Origin: Phormidesmis sp.
GTDB taxonomy: Bacteria; Cyanobacteriota; Cyanobacteriia; Leptolyngbyales; Leptolyngbyaceae
NCBI GenBank assembly: GCA_965248535.1
Contig: CBDFJR010000005.1
Coordinates: 1,408,001 to 1,472,000, forward strand
Length of the DNA: 64,000 nucleotides
Direction of reading: 5' to 3'
Below the pieces are notes generated by a model that saw only the letters and a list, made by a program, of their open reading frames with translations, was not told the origin of the DNA and searched no databases. The translations under genes were made by a program, and so were the position numbers. This document shows, piece by piece, positions 31,338-39,796 of this stretch (positions are counted from its first letter, which is position 1; each line of letters opens with the position of its first letter).

Positions 31338-31412
31338 GAGCCGGATGCACCGAAAGGCGCACGTCCGGTTTGGGAGGCGAGGCAGGTAGGCGACTCCCTG
31401 TCCTTAGCCAGC
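31338..31412 (+). ncRNA. Group II intron domains V and VI
   Basis: GAGCCGGATGCACCGAAAGGCGCACGTCCGGTTT (AGC triad, GAAA loop, AC bulge), then GGCGAGGCAGG...CCTGTCCTTAGCC. Confidence 0.9.
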
Positions 31413-31552
31413 GGGCTTGTGATTCAGGCTCAGTCTCCTAGGGAGGGAAACCCTCCTTCAGAGTTAAGCGCTAGGTTTGAGAAAAGATGCCGTCTTTATA
31501 GCTATCGGCAAGTATGAGGAAGTGTATGGGTCGACGATCGTAAGGTTGTTGA

Positions 31553-32641
31553 TTACAGCGCCTTGGGAGGTTCTAAGCCCAACGCTAAGAGCAAGCGATC
31601 GCTGTCTACATATTCGTCAATCATTTGACAGACGCATTGAAACTTGATCGGCTCATGCAATCGAACTTGACCAAAGGCCCGATCGACGATCTCAACCGTA
31701 GACAGTGTATCTAGATCCACCGACAAAATCGGAATTTCTAAATCTTCAGCCCGACTGATAATGGCCTTTGAGGGCGGAATGTGACCCGTCAAAATTAAGC
31801 ACTGGGTTGACGTTTCTAGAGCCGCAAGTTGCAGATCAGTGCGATCGCCCCCGGTCACAACCGCCATATTGTGACGTGCCCGGAAGTATTTTAGCGCTGA
31901 GTTGACGTTCATCGCCCCGATCGTCAGACTCTCGACCATCAGATCCATGCGATCGGCGCGACACAGCACATCTGCTTTAAGCTGACGCACCAATTCGCCG
32001 ACGCTGACGCTGCGAAGCAAGTTACTGCTGGGCATTACGCCAAAAACTTGGATGCCGTGCTTTTCTAGAAAGGGCAGCATTAAGATATTGATCACATTAA
32101 GCTGGTCGCTAGACACGTCATTGATGATTACTCCAAGGAGGCGATCGCCAAGGTGTTGCTTGGCTGAAATCAGCCCATCTAGCAGCAGCAGAGAATGAAA
32201 TCGAGCCACCAACAGCACCGACGCATCAACCGTTTCAGCCACTTGCAGGATAGACAGATCAAATAGCTTGCCTTCGTCTAGAGTGCCTGAGCCTTCTAAG
32301 ATCACCAGATCGCCTTGCTGCTGCTGAGCCTGTTGCGCCAGCAGTTCTTGGTAGTTGGTTTGGTCTTCTTCCAGCAGGCGCTTTTGGACGGTTGTGTTGT
32401 CAAGCGTGAGCAGAGTCGCTTGCAGGCGATCTTTAGAAAGCTCTAACGTTTGGGCGACAAACTGGGCATCGCCATCATTATCATCCATTTTAGACTGCCC
32501 CCACCCGCCTGCGATCGGCTTGCCATAGGCGATGTCTAGCCCTCTGGCTTTGAGTTGATGAGCGATACCCAAAATCGTTGCTGACTTACCGCTGTAAGCT
32601 TCTAGCGATCCAATCAGTAAATGCTTCGCGGACTTTGGCAC
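31553..32641 (-). CDS. Phosphotransacetylase-family protein (BioD-like AAA_26 plus DRTGG domain)
   Basis: SLEAYSGKSA, IGAMNVNSAL, VVTGGDRTD. Confidence 0.88.
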   Translation of the reverse strand: MPKSAKHLLIGSLEAYSGKSATILGIAHQLKARGLDIAYGKPIAGGWGQSKMDDNDGDAQFVAQTLELSKDRLQATLLTLDNTTVQKRLLEEDQTNYQELLAQQAQQQQGDLVILEGSGTLDEGKLFDLSILQVAETVDASVLLVARFHSLLLLDGLISAKQHLGDRLLGVIINDVSSDQLNVINILMLPFLEKHGIQVFGVMPSSNLLRSVSVGELVRQLKADVLCRADRMDLMVESLTIGAMNVNSALKYFRARHNMAVVTGGDRTDLQLAALETSTQCLILTGHIPPSKAIISRAEDLEIPILSVDLDTLSTVEIVDRAFGQVRLHEPIKFQCVCQMIDEYVDSDRLLLALGLEPPKAL

Positions 32642-32951
32642 GTCCTCACTCCGTTTAAATGTTTAGTGGGCAAGTTAATTGAGGGCAGCAAAAAGCCAGA
32701 TAGACTTCTGGTTGCCGTTGACTGCTGACTTAAAAACGCTGTTTCATCGGGTCAAGACGACGAACGCTTAGAAGATCAGGGTGAACTACTGCATAGCTTA
32801 ATGCTTATTCTAGAATGATAGAAATATTTATAGCCATAAAAAATAACTGTAGTGATGACTCTGAGCAAAATGTGCTCTACGCTCTAGAGAAATCAGTACA
32901 GTTATTGTATTGTATGCAACACCGCTACTGAGCATTTCAAACCGTCAAGGC

Positions 32952-33329
32952 TCAGTCTTCAAGTCGCAGCAGTTTGCGATAAAACGATTGCGAGAAATCA
33001 GCCAGACGAGCGCGCTTAAAGTTCATAATGACTTCGATCAAAAAATCGATGAATTCAAAGTTTGCCATCATCACTTCGTAGCTCAGTTCAGCATTGCCGT
33101 CAAATTGGATGCGGCATCGGCACAGGTCGGCAGGCAGCGAAGACACATTCCAGGTAGCAATGAAGGGAATGCTCTCACCGCCCTCAATTTTGCGTTGACC
33201 TTCTAGGGCACCTTTGTGATGCAGGCTGATGGCAAAAGGCAGCATCTGTTTTTTGCTAGACTGAGGATAGTAAGGCACATAGACTCCCACTTGCTGGGGC
33301 GGTGCGGGCTGTAGTTGCTCGATAGACAT
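32952..33329 (-). CDS. ebsA: Type IV pilus/secretion-associated protein EbsA
   Basis: MSIEQLQPA...VYVPYY...LEGQRKIEGG...LPADLCRCRIQFD...DFSQSFYRKLL. Confidence 0.85.
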   Translation of the reverse strand: MSIEQLQPAPPQQVGVYVPYYPQSSKKQMLPFAISLHHKGALEGQRKIEGGESIPFIATWNVSSLPADLCRCRIQFDGNAELSYEVMMANFEFIDFLIEVIMNFKRARLADFSQSFYRKLLRLED

Positions 33330-33446
33330 ACTAAATTTACCTGCTTCGTCGATCTGAGAGGGCGATTTGAGGGAGTGAGAAAGGACAGGACGGTGCTTGC
33401 TAGTATGCCCCAAGATTTTCTCTGTCGCGCAATTGTTTATCGAATT

Positions 33447-35381
33447 CTAGAGGTTTGCGGTCAAGTCTTGACGGTTGGGGCGGTGATCTTTAATGTAGTG
33501 TTCAAATCGCGATCGCAGTTGCTCTGCGGTGAGAGATTGCGTCCAATATTCGGTCAGGGCGTGACCAAAGGCCCAGGCATTATGCTCTGGTGAGGCAGAA
33601 TTTTCGATGAGTAACCCCCAAAGGTTCCGCAGGTCAAAGCTAGGCGGATTGGGTTGATGAGCCGTCAGCAGATCAAACAGATCGTAGGCGAGTTGCAGTT
33701 TGCCAATCACCGCCGGAAGCTGCTCGATCGGGATCTTTTCAGCTAGCAATAGCGCTAGGGTAGGTGATCCCGTCGCTAGGGTCGAGAGAAAACCCAGAAC
33801 GGGACTTTTGAGAAAAGCGGCTAGACCCTGGGTAGTGGCCATCTGAAAGGTGTAGTGGTCGATGATTTTGGCAGCGCCTACGGTTCGAGCATCCAGATTT
33901 TTAAAGAAGCGAGCCAGCCGAAGCTGCTTTGCAGGCGCGATCGCATCCAAGATAGCCAGCGATAGCGCGTCGATGCCCCAGGGTTGACGAGTTTCACCAC
34001 CCGTCACGATCGGCAGCACTAGAGGACAAATTTGATTGAGAAGACTGGCTCGATAGTGGGTGGCTTCTCGAATGGAGACTTCTTTGGGACGATCGCCCGT
34101 TTGCCAATTGTAGGGCGGCTGCCACTCGCGGATGGGCCGAAGACGATCGACCTGAGTGACGATGGCGATCGTGGGCAGATCTGGGATCTCAGCCCGCAGG
34201 TCTTTGAGAAAATTCAAATCCATCTGCATCGCGGGATCAAGGGCTGGAGTTGCCAGCAACACGAGATCGGCGTGGGCAGCATGATCGAGAACCTGATCGC
34301 GGAGGTCTGCCCGATCAACTTGCTCATAGCCGGGAGAATCCCACAGCGTCAGCGTTTCGCCAGTGGCGGTTTGCCAGTGATAATCTTGGATGCGATCGGT
34401 GCTGGGCAGGGCATCAACTTCGGCTTGAGCTTCGATAAATAGAGTGTTGATCAGGCTGCTTTTTCCGGCTCCGGTGCGACCCACTAAGAGCAAATTTACG
34501 GGCGCTTGTTCGACCGATTGAGAGGGGTTGGCTTGAGAAATGATTTCTCGTAGGGTTTGGGTTTGGGCTTTGGGCAAGATGGGCGGGGCGATCGCTCGTG
34601 CTTCTAAACTGGGATTGGCGCTGCCGCTATAAAGCACGATCGCTTGTCTGCCCAAATTTCTCAAAGCGGCTTCTCGCATCAATTGGCCGAGATTAGACAG
34701 AAGTTCTTGGGTGGCGCGACTGCTGGTGCGCTGAGTCGCCGTTCTCGCGACTGCCGCGGCCGGGTTGAGGAGCCATTGCGCCCAGTTCCAAGCTTGCCAA
34801 ATCTTGCGGGCTGAGGGTTCTAGCTTTTGATAAACCTCGTAGGCTTGATAAGCTTGCCCGATCGTGACTTGATTTAGGGCCGGAGCCAACCGCTGCATCC
34901 ACTGATCGAGGTCATCGATCGTGCCGCGCAATAGCTGATAAGCCTGGGGAATATAGATATTTAGCAAGGGCTGCTTAGTCTGGGGATAGTAGACCTGAGC
35001 AACGGCGCTGATCAAAGCCTGGCAGCGTTGCCAAAATACGTTCCAGTCTTCCCACATGAGTGGATCAGTGCGGGCGGCTTGCAGGATTTCTTGGAGGGCG
35101 GCTTCGGCTTGTTGAAGTGAGGGGTTGGCATCGAGGGCGGGCGTTTGATCCTGCAAGTCGGCAGAGAGTTCGGTGACGATCGCTTCGACTTGGGCGAGGG
35201 CGGGCTGAGTCCACTTCACCAGCAGCCAGCGCCAGCCGACAAAAAGCAAGCCCACGATCGCCCAGATCCAGCTAATGCCCCAAGCGTGAATTTGCAATCC
35301 GGCGGAGATCAGCAAAAAACTGACGACGAGGACGATCGGCAATCCTAAAACTGCCCACTGCCAAGGTTTGAGGCGCACCAT
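33447..35381 (-). CDS. Membrane-anchored GTPase (Era/YeeP-like G domain)
   Basis: Two N-terminal TM helices; GRTGAGKSS, DSPG, TQVD. Confidence 0.85.
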   Translation of the reverse strand: MVRLKPWQWAVLGLPIVLVVSFLLISAGLQIHAWGISWIWAIVGLLFVGWRWLLVKWTQPALAQVEAIVTELSADLQDQTPALDANPSLQQAEAALQEILQAARTDPLMWEDWNVFWQRCQALISAVAQVYYPQTKQPLLNIYIPQAYQLLRGTIDDLDQWMQRLAPALNQVTIGQAYQAYEVYQKLEPSARKIWQAWNWAQWLLNPAAAVARTATQRTSSRATQELLSNLGQLMREAALRNLGRQAIVLYSGSANPSLEARAIAPPILPKAQTQTLREIISQANPSQSVEQAPVNLLLVGRTGAGKSSLINTLFIEAQAEVDALPSTDRIQDYHWQTATGETLTLWDSPGYEQVDRADLRDQVLDHAAHADLVLLATPALDPAMQMDLNFLKDLRAEIPDLPTIAIVTQVDRLRPIREWQPPYNWQTGDRPKEVSIREATHYRASLLNQICPLVLPIVTGGETRQPWGIDALSLAILDAIAPAKQLRLARFFKNLDARTVGAAKIIDHYTFQMATTQGLAAFLKSPVLGFLSTLATGSPTLALLLAEKIPIEQLPAVIGKLQLAYDLFDLLTAHQPNPPSFDLRNLWGLLIENSASPEHNAWAFGHALTEYWTQSLTAEQLRSRFEHYIKDHRPNRQDLTANL

Positions 35382-35595
35382 AATCGTTGATCCATCCGTA
35401 ATGGATAAGACAGAGAGACTTGCTCTATTTGACAGCAAAGTTTACGCTACTGTCCATAACCGTGCTCAGAATCCGTGCAAGCCACCGAGGTCATTTAATC
35501 CACGATCGACCCGAAGCACTCAGCGATCGTGGATTATTTACCGTCAACTCAACCGTAACCGTAACTTAAACGGTAATGGGCTGAGGATTATCCTG

Positions 35596-35904
35596 TTAAT
35601 TTTGTCGAAGCATAGCGGGGTCAATCTCAATGCTCAATGCTTGAGCAACCCGCCGACCGTAATCTGCATCAGCCCGGAAAAAGTGACACAGTTGTCGCAT
35701 TTGGATGTCTTGGCGAACACCACTCAACGCCCCTACGATCGCGGTCGCCGTGCGGTCTTTTTGAGCGTCATCTAAAAACCGCCAGAGATTGCCCGCTTGG
35801 GTATAGTCATCTTGATCGCGAGAATCGTAGCGATCGGCAACCACATCTCCCAAGGTCAACCCAGGCTCTTTATGGTCAGGGGCTTCTTTAGGAGCATTGT
35901 CATA
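35596..35904 (-). pseudogene. C-terminal remnant of a monofunctional heme catalase
   Basis: YDNAPKEAPDHKEPG...DDYTQAGNLWR...IQMRQLCHFFRADADYGRRVAQAL; the catalytic N-terminal bulk is absent. Confidence 0.85.
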
Positions 35905-35908
35905 AGTA

Positions 35909-35957
35909 GTAGTCGTTATGAGTCTGTCTTGTCAAAGAGTATACTCATAACGACTAC
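35909..35957. repeat. Perfect 15-bp inverted repeat with 19-nt spacer, bounded by GTAG...CTAC
   Basis: GTAGTCGTTATGAGT ... ACTCATAACGACTAC. Confidence 0.92.
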
Positions 35958-36048
35958 GTCTTGAAAAGCATTTTTTGGATCTTTTTGCGAGAGCATTCAC
36001 CGACTTAGACGCGCTCGCCGCATTTCCCCCAATCTCTTCTCATTATTT

Positions 36049-36867
36049 CTAACTAGTCGCAGCAAATTGCAGCACTTGATTGAGTTTGCCGCTGCGATAA
36101 CCTTCGAGATCCAACGTCACGTAGAGAAACCCATAGGACTGAAGAGCTGAAACAAGTTTTGGCAAATCGGTTTTAATCACAAACTCTTTAACCTGATCGG
36201 GCAGCACCTCAATGCGGGCCGTGTCGCCCTCTGAACGAACGCGCAAATTTTGCCAGCCCAGCTTTCGCAAATAGACCTCCGATCGCCCAACTCGCTGAAG
36301 TTTAGCGACCGTAATCTCTTCGCCATAGGGAAAGCGGGAACTCAAGCAGGGTTGAGACGGCTTATCCCACCAAGGGAGACCGAGATGTTTTGAGAGTTCG
36401 CGCACTTCGGCTTTGGTGACTCCGACTTCGGCAAGGGGCGATCGGGCACCGCGCTCTTTGGCCGCCTGAATGCCCGGACGATAATCATGCAAATCATCAG
36501 CATTCACACCATCGATCACATAGGGGTAGCCCCACGCGATCGCCATCGGCTTGAGCGTGTCGTGCAGTTCACTTTTGCAAAAATAGCAGCGATTGACCGG
36601 GTTGCTGCTGTAGTTGGGGTTGTCCATCTCGTGGGTCTGCACGATTTTATGAGCAATGCCCATCTCGGTCGCCTGAATTCGCGCATCTTCTAAATCTTCG
36701 GGCAACAGAGACGGAGACTCAGCGGTGACGGCGATCGCCCGATCGCCCAAAGCATCATAGGCAATCTTGGCAACTAAGGTGCTATCAATGCCACCAGAGT
36801 AGGCGATCAGTGCAGTCTCCATTTCGGCAAACAGAGCGGTCAATTGTGCTAGTTTTTGCAGCAGCAT
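36049..36867 (-). CDS. larE: ATP-dependent sacrificial sulfur transferase
   Basis: AYSGGIDS, NRCYFCK, DDLHDYRPG, PCLSSRFPYG, DLEGYRSG. Confidence 0.92.
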   Translation of the reverse strand: MLLQKLAQLTALFAEMETALIAYSGGIDSTLVAKIAYDALGDRAIAVTAESPSLLPEDLEDARIQATEMGIAHKIVQTHEMDNPNYSSNPVNRCYFCKSELHDTLKPMAIAWGYPYVIDGVNADDLHDYRPGIQAAKERGARSPLAEVGVTKAEVRELSKHLGLPWWDKPSQPCLSSRFPYGEEITVAKLQRVGRSEVYLRKLGWQNLRVRSEGDTARIEVLPDQVKEFVIKTDLPKLVSALQSYGFLYVTLDLEGYRSGKLNQVLQFAATS

Positions 36868-37120
36868 GGGCATGAAGGGAAAACTCAAATCTCTTTTCTA
36901 CCCTACACTCTAGACCCTAGTTCCTGCCTCGCTCTGTTGGGGTTAAAAAGGAACGATAAAACTTGGGCACCCGACGTTCTATTGGTGCCTCATCCCTGTA
37001 ACCTATATCTTTAAGCACCCGATTTTATCGGCGGCCGTATCTGGCGAAATCACGATCGGGTGCCTGATTTCAGGGGTTTGTGCAATCTAGTTCAGGCAAA
37101 GTTACAAGATTTTTTATACA

Positions 37121-38668
37121 GTGTACGGGATTTGGGCATCGGCAAGCATGAAGGCACCTCGATATCTCCGCCAGCGAATGATCAGCGCGATCGTCGCTAT
37201 CACCTTGATCGGTCAAGGAGTCTGGAGCCATCCAGCCCAGGCAGAATTTCTTCCCTACTGTCAGCAAACCGCAGAGGGCATTGCCCGCAAAGAGACGGCT
37301 CGTAAAGCCGCTCAGACATCTGATAAAAACGCCCAAAAGCACTATCAAACTCTCGTAGTCGAGCAGGCTGATCAACTGCGTCAGTGTCGCAATCAGAATT
37401 GGCTAAAAACTCAGGCGATTTGGATTCGGCTCTATGCGTGTGATGTGCAGCCAGGGGCGATCGAAGAAGTGCTCGATCGGATTGTCAATCGGGGCTATAA
37501 CCAGATCAATGTCGAGGTTTTTTATAACGGTCAAGTCTTGCTTCCGCAAGCCGATAATCCGACTGCGTGGAATTCGGTCGTTAAACTGCCAGGTTCAGAA
37601 AATGTCGATCTTCTGGCCCAAGTTATTCAAAAAGGGCGAGAGCGAGGGCTATCGGTTTATGCGTGGATGTTTAGCATGAATTTTGGCTATACCTACGCCA
37701 TTCGACCCGATCGCGAAGCGGCGCTGGCTAAAAATGGGCAGGGGCAAACCAGCTTGACGGTCAACACGATCGCAGGGCTGAGTACTGATTTGGGAGTGTT
37801 TAATCCCGATGAGGCGTTTATTGATCCCTATAGCCTGCAAGCACGGCAGGACTATGCTCAACTGGTGGCGGCGATCGCTAAACGTCGCCCTGATGGGATG
37901 CTGTTTGACTATATTCGCTATCCACGGGGCACGGGCGGTGCCTCTATTGCTAACAAAGTCAAAGATCTGTGGATCTATGGAGACGCAGCCCAGCAGGCCA
38001 TTCTGCAACGAGCCTTAAACGATAAAGGACGCGAGTTAATCAAGCGGTTTGTTCAACACGGCTCTATCAGTGCAGCCGATGTGGTGGCGATCGATAAACT
38101 CTATGTCAATCAATCTGATCCACCGATGTGGCAAGGGCGCAGCCCGGCTGTTAACGAAAATAAACTGCCGATCGCGCAGCGCACCGAGCTTTTGCGCTTA
38201 GAGCTATGGCGATTTAGTGTGGCCCACGCCATGCAGGGCGTTGTAGACTTCTTGACGGCTGCTGCTGCCCCGGCTCAACGGTTGGGCATTTCTACCGGAG
38301 CCGTCTTCTTTCCTGAAGCCAATCAAAATGTGGGGCAAGGGTTTGACTCGCGCTTGCAGCCGTGGGATCGGTTTCCTGCGTCGCTAGAATGGCATCCCAT
38401 GGCTTATGGCGTGTGTGGCGACACAATCTGCATCGTTAATCAGGTGCGGCGTGTGTTGGGTCAAGCGCCTTCTTCAACGCAGGTAAAGCCAGTTTTAGCC
38501 GGAATTTGGCAGCAATCAATTAGCAACCGACCGCCCTTAGAGGTGCAGATGGAGGCGATCCGACTGGCTGACCCGCAGGTGCGATCGATCAGTCATTTTG
38601 CGTATTCGTGGCAAGAGCCGCAGTCCGATCGTCAGCGCAAGGCTTGCCGGGTAGATAGACGATTTTGA
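37121..38668 (+). CDS. Secreted glycoside hydrolase-like protein (GHL10/DUF187 type)
   Basis: Signal-like N-terminus ending AQA; RGYNQINVEVFYNG, GLSVYAWMF, PDGMLFDYIRYP; start may be 37148 or 37178. Confidence 0.8.
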   Translation: MYGIWASASMKAPRYLRQRMISAIVAITLIGQGVWSHPAQAEFLPYCQQTAEGIARKETARKAAQTSDKNAQKHYQTLVVEQADQLRQCRNQNWLKTQAIWIRLYACDVQPGAIEEVLDRIVNRGYNQINVEVFYNGQVLLPQADNPTAWNSVVKLPGSENVDLLAQVIQKGRERGLSVYAWMFSMNFGYTYAIRPDREAALAKNGQGQTSLTVNTIAGLSTDLGVFNPDEAFIDPYSLQARQDYAQLVAAIAKRRPDGMLFDYIRYPRGTGGASIANKVKDLWIYGDAAQQAILQRALNDKGRELIKRFVQHGSISAADVVAIDKLYVNQSDPPMWQGRSPAVNENKLPIAQRTELLRLELWRFSVAHAMQGVVDFLTAAAAPAQRLGISTGAVFFPEANQNVGQGFDSRLQPWDRFPASLEWHPMAYGVCGDTICIVNQVRRVLGQAPSSTQVKPVLAGIWQQSISNRPPLEVQMEAIRLADPQVRSISHFAYSWQEPQSDRQRKACRVDRRF

Positions 38669-38943
38669 CGAGCTACCAGTGGTAGTCTCACCCAGTTTGC
38701 AATCCGTTAAAAAGCTGACCTCTAGAGTTATTACTTAAGAACCTTTCTTAACCTTCTGCTTATAAAGAGTAGAGAGCGAGATCGCGAGGTTTTGATAGGT
38801 CAATGGGAGGGTTACCCTTTCTTACTCGGTCAGCAGACTCATCTAGCGGTGCAGATTGCGATCGCTCTAGTCCAAACACTCAACGCGATCGGGTCGTCTT
38901 TTAGATGTCAAAGCTTAAGTTTTTATAAATCACCCCTCCTAGA

Positions 38944-39594
38944 GTGCAGTTGGCAATGAATCTATCCCCATTTGCTCAATATTATGTTAGAAAGCTTCTG
39001 CGCCAAAACGTCGATCGAGTGAGTCATTCTTTTCCTGAAGATCTCTATAGCTCTGTTTTTACTAAACTAAATCTCAACCGAATTCTGGCCTATCAATATC
39101 AAACCCAATCGGAACTATCGATTAAAATATGGGAGTTAGAAACCCTCACTAACGTCTGTCAAGAGCTTGAAAAAAATCAATATAATCAAGATAGTTTGAC
39201 TGAAGTTAAAGAGCGAATCTTTCAACTATTAGGGTTTAAGATGGGGGTGGCTCTGCCGTCTAAACTGCCAAAAATTCTGCAAGAAAAGCTCTTGTCTCCC
39301 TTCTATTTTTATAGTCAAGGAACTATTTCAGAAGCGGTCACCTATGAAGGTGAAATTCATGGGCTGGTTAAGCAGCTTGACATTGCTCAAAGACTGCAAG
39401 CCTATCAGCTTTCTTGGGCGCTTTCGGCCAAAGATATCCCTCATTTGATCACGGCATCGTCTTCTAGGGTGTCTATTTGGATACGACTGCGATCGCCGAC
39501 CTATTCAATTTGGCGTGACCAAGAAAAGGTTCTTTCTAACATCATCATCATTCTTTATTCAGTGTTGAGCCGATCTAGACCATTTCACCAATAA
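38944..39594 (+). CDS. Hypothetical protein
   Basis: 216-codon AT-rich ORF; C-terminal PFYFY...RLQAYQLSWALS...SIWIRLRS resembles a cyanobacterial hypothetical domain. Confidence 0.65.
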   Translation: MQLAMNLSPFAQYYVRKLLRQNVDRVSHSFPEDLYSSVFTKLNLNRILAYQYQTQSELSIKIWELETLTNVCQELEKNQYNQDSLTEVKERIFQLLGFKMGVALPSKLPKILQEKLLSPFYFYSQGTISEAVTYEGEIHGLVKQLDIAQRLQAYQLSWALSAKDIPHLITASSSRVSIWIRLRSPTYSIWRDQEKVLSNIIIILYSVLSRSRPFHQ

Positions 39595-39770
39595 AGAATC
39601 GTCGGCTACGATCGCTGGGCCAAGATTAACGAGGCCCAAACGCCGTAATTCAACACTACCCTTGAGAGTGTCACTTTATTCTCTGAGCACAAAAGTCACT
39701 GGAATGAGTGATGGTCATGGTGGCTGAGATTTGCTTTTATAAGAACAGACTTGCTTCGGAGCGTTTTCGG

Positions 39771-39796
39771 CAGCCTTTTATAGGCTGTTTTTTTTT
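39771..39796 (+). terminator. Intrinsic terminator
   Basis: CAGCCT-TTTAT-AGGCTG followed by T9. Confidence 0.7.

Larger units (their letters stand above)
31049..31412 (+). mobile_element. 5'-truncated group II intron remnant
   Basis: HNH tail of an intron-encoded protein, then domain V and a domain VI-like hairpin; no RT domain and no 5' GUGYG end. Confidence 0.9.

Noticed and set aside
31049..31412. Active group II intron, retron or IscB/Cas9-like HNH system
   Set aside because: No RT, maturase, RuvC motif or start codon; the HNH is followed directly by intron domain V, so it is a stub
31314..31517. 67-aa ORF MSNTQLTEEPDAPKGARPVW
   Set aside because: It is a translation of intron domain V/VI RNA sequence, not a credible protein
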